This document shows, piece by piece, positions 39,107-48,314 of a DNA stretch of 64,000 nucleotides. Every line of letters begins with the position of its first letter. Positions within the stretch are counted from its first letter, which is position 1. The translations under genes were made by a program, and so were the position numbers. The notes under the pieces were generated by a model. That model did not search any database. It had not been told where the DNA came from and saw only the letters and a list, made by a program, of their open reading frames with translations. The DNA comes from an uncultured Gemmatimonadales bacterium (GTDB lineage: Bacteria > Gemmatimonadota > Gemmatimonadetes > Gemmatimonadales > GWC2-71-9): NCBI GenBank assembly GCA_963798915.1, contig CAWCVB010000014.1, forward strand, positions 32,001 through 96,000, given 5' to 3'.

Positions 39107-39526
39107 ATGGACTCCTCCGCCCCGTATCAGGAACGGCTTCGATTCGCCGAGTTCGTCCTTGACCGGCTGCCCAATGGGCGGTGCCGGGCCCGGGTTGTGC
39201 TGACCTGGAAAGAGGCCGACCGGTACCAGGGCGAATGCGAAGGGCTGGCCTCCCAGAACGGGGAATTGCGTTGTGCCGCTGACGCCACCGTGCAGGCCCT
39301 CGAAGCGGCCGTCAACCGGGCCGTCAGCTTCGAACTGCTAGGCGTCAAGGCAGTTCGGGCGTTTGACGCGACCGTGGTGATCGTCTCGTTGACGGTGGTG
39401 AGCGATGGACGGTCGCAGCGGGTGGTTGGATCCTACCTGACGGACGACGACTTTGCCCGCGGCGCAGCATTGTCCGTGCTGCACGCGACCAATCGCATCC
39501 TGGGCAACCGCTTCTTCATGCGGTGA
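39107..39526 (+). CDS. conserved hypothetical protein
   Basis: ELRCAADATVQAL...AALSVLHATNR; GC3 bias. Confidence 0.7.
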   Translation: MDSSAPYQERLRFAEFVLDRLPNGRCRARVVLTWKEADRYQGECEGLASQNGELRCAADATVQALEAAVNRAVSFELLGVKAVRAFDATVVIVSLTVVSDGRSQRVVGSYLTDDDFARGAALSVLHATNRILGNRFFMR

Positions 39527-39693
39527 AGCGCAACCCGGCCGGTGCCTGAGGCATCTTCAGGCATGGATCCCTGCGGCCCGGCCTGCCGCAAGCTGCACTG
39601 CGAATTGCCAGAGCGAACGGCTGCTTCATGCCCGAAGAAGCACCGAAACCATCTTAACGAGCGCGCCGTCCGGCGCATCGTGAGGAGCCGGCG

Positions 39694-41364
39694 ATGAACC
39701 GACTTCCCCTCGTCGCACTGCTGGTTGCCACTGCCTGTGCCCCGGCGGCCACCTCGGCACCGGACAACGGCGGCCTGCCCGTGCCCGCGACTGAGGCCGG
39801 GAGCCGCGCGGCCGAACCGGCCCCGCCGCCTCGCGCCAGCAGCACCGCGTCAGTTCGCAGCGGCAACAGGAAGGTCGATGCCGAAGTCGACGCCGATGTT
39901 GCCGTCGCCGCGGATTCGGCCGCGGACGCCGAGGCGCTTGAGCAGCTTGCCTCCGCGCGACCCGCAACGTCGGGGGATGATGTCGCGGGCGGGACCGCCT
40001 CGGTCACGTGGGATATCGACGTGACCTCCTTCAACAATCACGACCGGGTGCAGTATTACCTGGACTTCTTCACGGGTCCCGGCCGACCGCGCATGCAGAT
40101 CTGGCTCGAGCGGCTTCCTCGGTACGAGGGAATGATCCGTGAACGACTGGCGGAGCAGGGCCTGCCGGAGGACCTCGTCTATCTTGCGCTCATCGAGAGC
40201 GGATTTTCCAATCGGGCGGTGAGCCGCGCAAGCGCTGTCGGCATGTGGCAGTTCATGGCGGGCACCGGACGCGGTTATGGCCTCCGGATCGATTCGTGGG
40301 TCGACGACCGGCGGGATCCGATCAAGGCGACTTCGGCGGCAGCACGCCACCTCAAGGACCTGCGTGACCGGTTCGGGTCGCCGTACCTGGCGGCGGCTGC
40401 CTACAACGCCGGCGCCGGCCGTGTGGGCCGCGGCCTGGCCCGCCTCGATGATGGCGAGGACGACGACTCACTGCATTCGGATGCCACCTTCTTCCGGCTG
40501 TACAACACCGGACTCCTGCGGCGCGAAACCAAGGACTACGTGCCGAAGCTGATCGCCGCCGCCCTGATCGCCAAGGAGCCGGACAAGTATGGCTTCAGCG
40601 TTGACAGCGCTGCGGACCCGTTTCGCGCGGACTCGATCCTCGTGCCGGACATGACCGGCCTCGACGTCATAGCCCGGATTGCCGACACGACCATGGCCGA
40701 AATCCGGGACCTCAATCCGGAATATCTGCGCCTCGTGACGCCCCCCAAGGTCAGGTCCATCGTGCTGGTGCCGCCAGGCGCCGGCACGGCCGTGCAGGCC
40801 GCCTTCGATTCGCTGCCGGAAGAAGACCGCATCAGCTTTGAGGAGCATGTGGTCGGAAAGACGGAGTCGGTCATCTCGATCGCGCGAGACCACGGTATTA
40901 CCGCCGAGCAGCTCTACGAGGCAAACCCGGGCCGGAAGGGTCACGTTCGTGCGGGACAGACGCTGCTGATTCCATCCAACGATGCCATGTCGGTGATGGT
41001 GGCCAGCAGCGTGGCGCAGCCCGCGTCCCCCGTGGTGCGGATTCATAAGGTGAAGCGGGGGGAAACTCTCTCGGGCATCGCGGAGCGATATCACGTGCGC
41101 GTCTCGCAGATCCAGCGCTGGAATGCGCTTCGGTCGAGCCGGATTCGCATCGGACAGCGGCTCCGGCTGGGCGAAACCTCAGCCGAACGCGCGCGTCGGG
41201 TAACACCGGCGAGCGCCGCCCGGAGCCACGTGGTGAAGTCGGGTGAGACGCTGAGCGGGCTGGCTCGTCGCTATGGCGTTTCGCTTACGGCGCTCAGCAA
41301 GAGCAACGGGCTGACCACGCACTCACACTTGAGGATCGGCCAGCGTCTCAGGATTCCGGGCTAG
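39694..41364 (+). CDS. mltD: MltD-like lytic transglycosylase lipoprotein with three LysM domains
   Basis: ATAC lipobox; LIESGF, AVGMWQFM, AAYNAG, ETKDYVPK; LysM repeats. Confidence 0.9.
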   Translation: MNRLPLVALLVATACAPAATSAPDNGGLPVPATEAGSRAAEPAPPPRASSTASVRSGNRKVDAEVDADVAVAADSAADAEALEQLASARPATSGDDVAGGTASVTWDIDVTSFNNHDRVQYYLDFFTGPGRPRMQIWLERLPRYEGMIRERLAEQGLPEDLVYLALIESGFSNRAVSRASAVGMWQFMAGTGRGYGLRIDSWVDDRRDPIKATSAAARHLKDLRDRFGSPYLAAAAYNAGAGRVGRGLARLDDGEDDDSLHSDATFFRLYNTGLLRRETKDYVPKLIAAALIAKEPDKYGFSVDSAADPFRADSILVPDMTGLDVIARIADTTMAEIRDLNPEYLRLVTPPKVRSIVLVPPGAGTAVQAAFDSLPEEDRISFEEHVVGKTESVISIARDHGITAEQLYEANPGRKGHVRAGQTLLIPSNDAMSVMVASSVAQPASPVVRIHKVKRGETLSGIAERYHVRVSQIQRWNALRSSRIRIGQRLRLGETSAERARRVTPASAARSHVVKSGETLSGLARRYGVSLTALSKSNGLTTHSHLRIGQRLRIPG

Positions 41365-41395
41365 GCGGTTCGCACCAGCTGACCCTCGCATGAGA

Positions 41396-41427
41396 AAGCG
41401 GGGCCGAGCAATTGCTCGGCCCCGCTT
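41396..41427. terminator. bidirectional terminator-like hairpin
   Basis: Perfect palindrome AAGCGGGGCCGAGCAATTGCTCGGCCCCGCTT between convergent genes. Confidence 0.75.
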
Positions 41428-41451
41428 GTCGTGTGCTGTGACTGGCAGAAC

Positions 41452-42165
41452 TCAGTTTGGTATGCCGCGCAGCGGGATGGCGGGCGGACGCGACCGGCGC
41501 AGGATGGCCCCGGCGTAGCCGTTTCTCGGGTCGCCGCCCTCGGCGAGGATCTGCTCCACGCGACCGGGGCCGCGGTTGTAGGCGAGCAGGGCCAGGTGCA
41601 TGTCGCCATCGAACTGCTGCAGCAGGTCCTTGAGGTACCGGAAGCCCAGGTGCAGGTTGGTGTCGCGATTGAACAGGTCTGCTTCGGTCGCGTTCCGGCT
41701 GTACGCATGGGCCGTTGCCAGCTGGACCTGGGTATAGCCCAGCGCCTCGGCAGAGCTTCGCGCGTGCCGCTGGAAGTCGGACTCGATCTGCACCAGGCGG
41801 AAGGCAAGAGCCGGATCGATGCCCTCGTCCAGCGCGACGTCGTAGATGGCCGTCGCCAGCTCGCGGTTGATGTGATAGCGGCGGACATAGGCATCGATGG
41901 TGAGCGAACGCTCGAGTTCCATCCGGACCAGCCGCAGCTCGTCCTGGGCGCGGTCGAACTTGGTGTCGAAATTCCCCTCGATATGCGCCGTCACGGCGTC
42001 GCGTGCGGCCGAGGTTGAGTCGGCAACGGCGCGAGCCCGGACCTCGGTCCAGCCGCCCAGTGCGCTGAGCAGGAATCCTGCCGAAAGCACCAGCCCGACG
42101 CGCACCAGCAGGCGCTCGAAGATCACCCGCCTACGTTTACGGCGGCCACCGCGTTCCGTGGTCAT
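41452..42165 (-). CDS. SLT-domain transglycosylase
   Basis: N-terminal TM; IESDF, ALGYTQV, AYNRGP. Confidence 0.88.
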   Translation of the reverse strand: MTTERGGRRKRRRVIFERLLVRVGLVLSAGFLLSALGGWTEVRARAVADSTSAARDAVTAHIEGNFDTKFDRAQDELRLVRMELERSLTIDAYVRRYHINRELATAIYDVALDEGIDPALAFRLVQIESDFQRHARSSAEALGYTQVQLATAHAYSRNATEADLFNRDTNLHLGFRYLKDLLQQFDGDMHLALLAYNRGPGRVEQILAEGGDPRNGYAGAILRRSRPPAIPLRGIPN

Positions 42166-42193
42166 CGTTGTGTGCCTCCTCGAATTGCCGGCG

Positions 42194-42670
42194 CTACGAC
42201 TGCCGGCTCCAATATCCTGAGGCCCCGCCTGACTTCTCGACCAGGCAGACCCGTTCGATCGTCATTCCGCGGTCCATGGCCTTGACCATGTCATAGACCG
42301 TCAGGCACGCAACGGCGACGGCCGTGAGCGCCTCCATCTCCACGCCAGTGCGCGCCCGAAGGCGCGCGGTAGCACGGACCTGCACACCCGGAAGATCGGG
42401 ATCCAGCGCCGCCTCCACCCGAATGGCGTCCAGGCCGATCGGATGGCACAACGGAATCAATTCGGCGGTGCGCTTGGCGGCCATGACGCCTGCCACCTCC
42501 GCCACCGCCAGCACGTCGCCTTTCCGGATCGCACCAGCCTGGACTTCGGCGAATGCCGCACCTGACATTCGCACACAACCTGTGGCTGTCGCGGTGCGAT
42601 CTGTCACCTTTTTGCCGGCCACGTCCACCATTCGAGCGCGACCCTCTTCATCCAGGTGCGAGAGACTCAC
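42194..42670 (-). CDS. moaC: cyclic pyranopterin monophosphate synthase
   Basis: ARMVDV, KGDVL, LIPLCHP, TGVEMEAL, YDMVKA. Confidence 0.96.
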   Translation of the reverse strand: MSLSHLDEEGRARMVDVAGKKVTDRTATATGCVRMSGAAFAEVQAGAIRKGDVLAVAEVAGVMAAKRTAELIPLCHPIGLDAIRVEAALDPDLPGVQVRATARLRARTGVEMEALTAVAVACLTVYDMVKAMDRGMTIERVCLVEKSGGASGYWSRQS

Positions 42671-43752
42671 AGGAGCTCCGCGAGCTGCTCGCCCAGCACC
42701 GCCAGCAAGAGCTGGGGATTGACGTTGTCCTGCGCCGCTTCGCGGGCGTCTGACACCCGTTTTGCGGCTTCGGCGAGCCGGCCCGGTTCGAGGTCACGCA
42801 GGCGCTCAGGCGCGGCGCCCCTCCTGGGGCCATTCACGCTGATCCGGGCGGCACTCATCAGCACATCCGCCAAGGCATCGAGCATGCCGGTGAAGTCTCC
42901 TCGTGCCGCGTACGGCGCCTGTCGGAGCGCCCGTGCCAGCCGGCTCGGCTGGCCGCGCTCCAGCGTCTCGAGGAACGTCGTCGCTGCATCGCGCGCGACG
43001 CCGGCAGACTCATCCAGCCAGAGCGCCGCGCCGATCGAGCCGCCTGCCTCCCGCACCCGACGATCCATCTCCCGTGCCGGTACCGCACCGTACTGCTCCA
43101 GAAAGCTGCGAACGTCATCGTTCGCCAGCGGGTTGAGCCGCAGCGGCACCGTGCGCGAGCGAATCGTCGGGAGGAGTCGCCGAGGATCGGCGGCCGTCAG
43201 AATGAAGACGGCGTCTCTGGGCGGCTCCTCGAGCAACTTGAGCAGCGCATTGGCTGCTTCCTGCGCCGATTCCTGCGGCACCAGCCGCTCGGCGTCACCA
43301 ATAATGAAGATTCGGCGCCGGGACTCGACCGGTGACAGCGCGGCCTGGCGCTGCAGCAGGCGCACGCTGGCCACGCTGTGGCTGGCCATGCCGTCGAGCG
43401 CTCCGTAGAGCGGCGACTCCCGCCGCTCTGCCATGATCCCGGCCAGCGTCTCTGCGGCTTCCTCGACCTGCTTGCCGGGGTCTGCCGCCTTGGGCCGGGC
43501 CATGGGCACCAGCCAATGGACGTCGGGGTGGCTTAACGCCAGTACCCGCCGGCAGGGAAGACAGGTGCCACAGGGTCCCTCGTCGCCAGGCTGCTCACAG
43601 ATCAGCAGCTGGGCAAGCCAGAGCCCCAGCCGCTGGCGCCCGATCCCAGCCGGCCCGGTGAAGAGAAGGGCCTGCGGGATGCGGTTGGCCCGGAAGGCCT
43701 GAACGAGGCGCTTCCGGGCGTCATGATGCCCAGCGAGTGGGGCCAAAGTCAT
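42667..43752 (-). CDS. holB: DNA polymerase III delta' subunit
   Basis: GPAGIGR, PCGTCLPC, HPDV, AANALLKLLEEP, LLPTIRSR. Confidence 0.92.
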   Translation of the reverse strand: MTLAPLAGHHDARKRLVQAFRANRIPQALLFTGPAGIGRQRLGLWLAQLLICEQPGDEGPCGTCLPCRRVLALSHPDVHWLVPMARPKAADPGKQVEEAAETLAGIMAERRESPLYGALDGMASHSVASVRLLQRQAALSPVESRRRIFIIGDAERLVPQESAQEAANALLKLLEEPPRDAVFILTAADPRRLLPTIRSRTVPLRLNPLANDDVRSFLEQYGAVPAREMDRRVREAGGSIGAALWLDESAGVARDAATTFLETLERGQPSRLARALRQAPYAARGDFTGMLDALADVLMSAARISVNGPRRGAAPERLRDLEPGRLAEAAKRVSDAREAAQDNVNPQLLLAVLGEQLAELL

Positions 43753-43833
43753 GCCAGAAAGCTAGCACCCGGACCGGCTTTGGGTAATTGGGCACTTGCT
43801 AAGATGTTGGTAGATAAGGGGTTAGATTTTCGG

Positions 43834-43986
43834 GTCGGGAATCAGGGACCGAAGGCCTCGGGTTGAGTGCGGATTGCGGGACCTGACGTCAGTGGGGCCC
43901 TCAGCCAGCGCTGGCCGTTCGCCCGGCGAATCCATGGTGTGCCCTCAAGCCGGGGCGGGACTCCACAGGCAGGGTGTGGGCTCGAC
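43834..43986. ncRNA. candidate rod-shaped structured RNA
   Basis: Nested helices 43834-39/43981-86, 43855-67/43944-56 and 43871-80/43922-33, folded by eye only. Confidence 0.25.
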
Positions 43987-43994
43987 GCCGCAGA

Positions 43995-44048
43995 CCCGCC
44001 CGTCCTGCCCGCCTTGCCCGTCCTGCCCGTCCTGCCCGTCCTGTCTTG
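43995..44048. repeat. 9-mer tandem (CCTGCCCGT) single arm before tRNA-Asn
   Basis: About six units of the same family as 19131 and 36081. Confidence 0.85.
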
Positions 44049-44087
44049 AGTGAGCCCGTCCCACCGATTACCATACTGCCCTCATGA

Positions 44088-44161
44088 TCCCGAGTAGCTC
44101 AGTTGGTTAGAGCAGCTGACTGTTAATCAGCGGGTCGGGGGTTCGAGTCCCTCCTCGGGAG
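44088..44161 (+). tRNA. tRNA-Asn(GTT)
   Basis: TCCCGAG/CTCGGGA acceptor, GCTGA-CTGTTAA-TCAGC, GTTCGAGTC; CCA not encoded. Confidence 0.95.
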
Positions 44162-44195
44162 TGGTTGTGGCGGGAGAAATACGAGTCCGAACGGC

Positions 44196-44225
44196 AAACG
44201 GCTCAGCCTTGCGGCTGGGCCGTTT
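44196..44225 (+). terminator. hairpin after tRNA-Asn
   Basis: AAACGGCTCAGCC-TTGC-GGCTGGGCCGTTT. Confidence 0.65.
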
Positions 44226-44323
44226 GGCTCTGGTGGCAGAGCGATCAACCGAAGCTCGGCCGCGCGATGCTCGGCTTCACCCTGCGTCGCTATTCATACT
44301 CGGGTCATACGTGGCAGCGTCTT

Positions 44324-44842
44324 TCACGCCTGCATTGCCAGGGGCAACGAAAGCTCAGTAATGCGTGATGGCTTCGCTCCGGCTGCAAGCGCAGCTGGAC
44401 GGTGTGGGCACCATTGCCGGCGCCACGCTCCACGCCGATGGGCTCTTCGCTGACCGCCACAAGCGCCGCCGCAGGCGAAGGTGAACAAGCGCAACCCAGG
44501 GCACAACCGCTCCCCACGACCCAGCAAGCGCCCCATCCACACCGAAAAGACCTCGTCCTCAGGAGCCACGAACGCAAGCTCGGCAACTCCCGTGTCGGCA
44601 TAGCAGCGCCGGATGGCGGGCGTCAGGTCCGGTGGGCGACGATGCCGCGTCCAGATCACGATTCCGCCAGGCGCACAGAGCATGCGAGTGGCGCGCGCCG
44701 TCCGCTCGACATCCGCCTCCGGAGGCAGATCGCTGACTCTGAGCATCGTCGTGATCTGTCCGCCGAGGTGCTTCTCCTAGTAGCGGAAGGCCTCCTCGCA
44801 GTTGCCTCCGAAGTTGAGTTGCGTGAAGAGCTTCATGGGCAT
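44324..44842 (-). pseudogene. chimeric remnant: PhnB/VOC N-terminus fused to a methyltransferase-like C-terminus
   Basis: MKLFTQLNFGGNCEEAFRY*EKHLGG (TAG at 44777-44779), in frame with LCAPGGIVIWTRHRRPPDLTPAIRR...LFTF. Confidence 0.65.
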
Positions 44843-44878
44843 TTCCTGGTTGGTAGCGGCACAGTGTGGTGTGTCGGG

Positions 44879-45490
44879 TTACACACGGTTCCTGGAGGGA
44901 GGATCAGGGTCCATCTCTCGGAGTTCACGATCGAGCGAGCTCGAGGATCGGTCAGGTACGTAGGTCAGGTGAAGGAGCCCGGTATCGAAGCTCCGGACTG
45001 TCTCGAGGTTGAGGATCACCTGCTCGATGTCGCCTGCCGGGAAGAGCTTGCGCCCTTTGCTCCTGATCACCGGGTAGACGAAGAGCTGGAGCTCGTCCAC
45101 CAGGCCATGGTGGAGCAGTGAGCGGACGAGCGTCGCGCTGCCCGCGACGTTGATATTCCGCCCTGGCTTGGCCTTCAGCTGCCTCACGTCCTCCACCACG
45201 TCCCTGATCAGGAAGGAGTTGTTCCACTCGAGGTCGTCCAGCGTCCTGGACACAACGTACTTCGGGCTGTTGTTCATGAAGGCGCCAACGGGATGATCGA
45301 CGCCGCGGGCGGGCCAGACCGCCGCGAACTCCTCATACGTTCGCCGACCGAGCAGCAGGGTGTCTGCCTCCTCGAGGGAATGGCCAATGACCTGGGCAAC
45401 CTCAGGATTGAAGTAGGCAGGCGTCCACTCATCGGGCGACTCGAAAACCCCGTCGAGCGACACGATCTCGGCAGCCACCAGTTTTCGCAT
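44879..45490 (-). CDS. dihydrofolate reductase/RibD C-terminal family
   Basis: VSLDG, LLGRRTY, KYVVS, GSATL, LVDELQL. Confidence 0.9.
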   Translation of the reverse strand: MRKLVAAEIVSLDGVFESPDEWTPAYFNPEVAQVIGHSLEEADTLLLGRRTYEEFAAVWPARGVDHPVGAFMNNSPKYVVSRTLDDLEWNNSFLIRDVVEDVRQLKAKPGRNINVAGSATLVRSLLHHGLVDELQLFVYPVIRSKGRKLFPAGDIEQVILNLETVRSFDTGLLHLTYVPDRSSSSLDRELREMDPDPPSRNRV

Positions 45491-45561
45491 TGCGATGCTC
45501 CTCCTGTCGGGACTTCATTGTTGGCGACAAGGGCCATTTCCCGGGGCGAGGCGGACGCCCA

Positions 45562-46506
45562 TCAGTGCCGCTGATGCGCGTCGCTGCCATGGGCAGCGCC
45601 GTCGACCTGGTTGAGGAATGGAAGCACGATGTCCGCAAGGCGGGGATCGGCAAAGATCTCGTAGTGGGTCGCGCCAGGGATCACCGCGAGACGATTCGGA
45701 GACATGTTCTCCCGCATCCACCCAGCGTCCTTCAGCCCGCCGCCCAGCAGATGGTAGAACTCGACCATATGCTCGGGCCGGATGATGTCGGCGTCGCCAT
45801 AGACGAGCATGACTGGTCCTCGGATCGCCCTCGCGTCCGCCGACCAGTCATAGGGCTGCCGCATATAGGCGCCCATGGCATCCAGCAGCCGAGGGAACTC
45901 GCTGGGATCCGGGGCCGTTGCGGCGTACGCCTGATACATGGGGGTTTGTTTCATCTGGTCGGCAAGGGCCGCGCTTAACGCCGCCTGCTGTGGCAGCACC
46001 TCGGGATAGAAGCCTTGCTGCGCGAATGGTGTGGAGATGAGGACCAGGCGCCTGACGGCGCTGGGATGCTGGACGGCCAGCCGGAGTGCAACGGCACCTC
46101 CCAGGGAATACCCCACGACGTCTGCCTTGTCATAGCCCAGACTGTCCAGCAACGCCGCCATATCGTCCCCCATGGCACCGGCCTCGATGGGACGGCTCCC
46201 GAGGCGGGTTCGCCCGTGACCTTGCAGGTCCACGCCGATCACCTGCCGGTTCTGGGACAGCTTCGCGAGGTTCGGGCCGAACATCTCGATTTGGCCGAGG
46301 CCGCCGTGGAGAAGGAGCAGGGGCTCTCCCCTGCCATAGATCGCGTAGTAGTACCTCACTCCGTTCGCGCTGGCGTACCCCGTCCTTCGCGGGGTAGGGA
46401 CCGAGGCGGGTGCCGGTGCGCTGGCCGACTGCCCCTGCAGGCTGGACGAACCAGCCATGCTTGTTGTGGCCAGCATCACGCTTGTCACGATCGTGCGGGT
46501 GTTCAT
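45562..46506 (-). CDS. secreted alpha/beta hydrolase
   Basis: Signal peptide from MNTRTIV; LLHGG, DLQGHG, GYSLG. Confidence 0.9.
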   Translation of the reverse strand: MNTRTIVTSVMLATTSMAGSSSLQGQSASAPAPASVPTPRRTGYASANGVRYYYAIYGRGEPLLLLHGGLGQIEMFGPNLAKLSQNRQVIGVDLQGHGRTRLGSRPIEAGAMGDDMAALLDSLGYDKADVVGYSLGGAVALRLAVQHPSAVRRLVLISTPFAQQGFYPEVLPQQAALSAALADQMKQTPMYQAYAATAPDPSEFPRLLDAMGAYMRQPYDWSADARAIRGPVMLVYGDADIIRPEHMVEFYHLLGGGLKDAGWMRENMSPNRLAVIPGATHYEIFADPRLADIVLPFLNQVDGAAHGSDAHQRH

Positions 46507-46659
46507 TTCGGGTCTCCTTATTTGACGTTTGCGCCCGTGCACAGGTCGAACGAGGCCCTCGGCAATCGACAATCAATGCACGTACAGGTTCTTCGACCCC
46601 GATTCCTGAGCTGATCCGGCGCTGTGAGCGAGGCGATTCCCCTCGTCGCCGCAAATGAC

Positions 46660-47058
46660 TTACTGGTCATCGCGGTCTCGGTTCTCGACAATGACATGCC
46701 CGACCATGCCTTCACGCACGTGTGGATCGCACACATAGACGTAGCGTCCCGGCGGAAGGTGGAGGACCAAGTCGAGGTGATCCCCCTGGTGTTTTGCGAC
46801 GGGCGTTGCCGCGGGCAGGCGCACGCCGGCGGGATTCGAGTCTGCCAGAAAGTCCACGTTGTGCATTCCGGCTCCGTTCACAAACCGGAGGGTGTCCCCG
46901 GCGTACACCGAAACGGTGGACGGTTCGAAGTAGAAGCGGGTACCAGTACTGTCACGAGTCATGCGTATCTGCACCGTGTGAGCGGAGGCATGTGGCGCCG
47001 GCAGAGGGGCGAGTGCCCCGATGCTCAGGACGGAGGCGATTCGAAGGATCGGCTTCAT
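46660..47058 (-). CDS. plastocyanin/azurin-like blue copper protein
   Basis: Signal peptide; HNV and C-D-P-H...GM type-1 Cu ligands. Confidence 0.88.
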   Translation of the reverse strand: MKPILRIASVLSIGALAPLPAPHASAHTVQIRMTRDSTGTRFYFEPSTVSVYAGDTLRFVNGAGMHNVDFLADSNPAGVRLPAATPVAKHQGDHLDLVLHLPPGRYVYVCDPHVREGMVGHVIVENRDRDDQ

Positions 47059-47358
47059 GATGTTCCCGCCATTGAGAGGTTTCGCCCGCGCCCGCGTCGG
47101 AGGCCTGAGCTGCGGTACCTAGCATCTAACTGACATAATATCATACTATGTTTCAGCTTCAAGGCAAGTCAAGATCGGCCGCAGTCGCGCTCCGACGGCC
47201 GCGGCCGTTGTTGCTCGATATCGCACGGCGAGGCGGAGGTTACATGCACGGTTCAGGGGTGCGCATAGCCGTGCTTCATGGAGGTATATCGCCTGTCCAC
47301 CTGGCCCGCGCCGAGGCTTGAAGGACTCGACGAGTCGGAGCGGAGGTCGGGGCGGAGC

Positions 47359-47413
47359 TTGACGGCGAATAGCGCCAGAGCTACGATGAGTTACTTCGGA
47401 ATATGTAGTAACT
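47359..47413 (+). promoter_or_regulatory. sigma70-like promoter with palindromic operator for the HxlR operon
   Basis: TTGACG-N17-TACGAT (47359-47387), then AGTTACT-N11-AGTAACT (47389-47413). Confidence 0.7.
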
Positions 47414-47426
47414 ATGGAGGGCCTTC

Positions 47427-47930
47427 ATGCGTGTATCGGAAATTGGCCAGATGAAATGCCCGGTGGCCCGGACGCTGTCGGTCGTGGGAGACCCGTGGAC
47501 CCTGCTCATCCTGCGCGAGTCGTTCCTGGGGTCGCGCCGGTTCGAGGAGTTTCAGGGCTACACGGGGATGTCTCCAGCGCTCCTGTCCAACCGTCTGAAG
47601 GTCCTCAGCAGGGAAGGCATTCTGGAACCGCAGCGATACCGCGAGCGACCGCCCCGACGGGAATACAGACTTACTCAAAAGGGCCTCGATCTCTACCCCG
47701 TGATTGTAGCGTTGTCCCAGTGGGGAAGTCGATGGATGGCGGACGAGGGGGGGCCGTTTCTTCAGCTGGTGCACCAGGGATGCGGTCATCAGACCGCACC
47801 CCAGCTCGTGTGCTCGGAGTGTGGGGAGCCGATCGCACCGCGGGACATGAGAGTCCGCGTGATGCGGAGCATGGGCGAGGACCGCCGTCGAACCTGGCAG
47901 CACTTTAAACAGCACGCTCACACCACCTAG
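47427..47930 (+). CDS. HxlR-family regulator
   Basis: CPVARTLSVVGDPWTLLILRE, EYRLTQKG; C-terminal HxxC...CxxC. Confidence 0.92.
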   Translation: MRVSEIGQMKCPVARTLSVVGDPWTLLILRESFLGSRRFEEFQGYTGMSPALLSNRLKVLSREGILEPQRYRERPPRREYRLTQKGLDLYPVIVALSQWGSRWMADEGGPFLQLVHQGCGHQTAPQLVCSECGEPIAPRDMRVRVMRSMGEDRRRTWQHFKQHAHTT

Positions 47931-47932
47931 GG

Positions 47933-48298
47933 ATGGAGGGCAGCATGGCGCCACCGGTGACGAAGCAGTTTTCCGAGCCCGACGAGGTCGTCCACTTCGA
48001 GCACGGCATGTTCGAGGTGCTGCGCGTCGGAGCGATGACCATCGGACGTGCGACGTACGAGCCGGGATGGAAATGGTCGGAGCACGTCGGCCGGTACTCG
48101 GGATCGGCCATGTGCGAGGTCGAGCATGTGGGAATGGTCGTGGAGGGTCATGCGGTGGCCAAGATGGCGGACGGAAGCCTGATCGACCTGACGCCGGGGA
48201 CGGTCTTCTATATCCCACCGAACCACGATAGCTGGGTCATTGGGGAGCATCGATACGTCTCCCTCCACTTCCTGGGCGCTGACCACTACGCCCGCTAG
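47933..48298 (+). CDS. cupin-domain protein
   Basis: EPGWKWSEH, CEVEH, IPPNHDSWV. Confidence 0.85.
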   Translation: MEGSMAPPVTKQFSEPDEVVHFEHGMFEVLRVGAMTIGRATYEPGWKWSEHVGRYSGSAMCEVEHVGMVVEGHAVAKMADGSLIDLTPGTVFYIPPNHDSWVIGEHRYVSLHFLGADHYAR

Positions 48299-48314
48299 CT
48301 GCGGAACCGACCCC

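Noticed and set aside
43799..43825. IHF-like AT-rich site upstream of holB
   Set aside because: Single imperfect match; too weak to call.
43834..43990. SRP RNA, cobalamin or Moco riboswitch
   Set aside because: Only fragments (GTCAGGTCC, GGGAA) match; I could not find the diagnostic cores.
44777..44779. Stop-codon recoding (TAG here, TGA at 56203-56205)
   Set aside because: Both lie in truncated remnants, each is one base from Tyr or Trp, and intact genes use TAG and TGA as stops.
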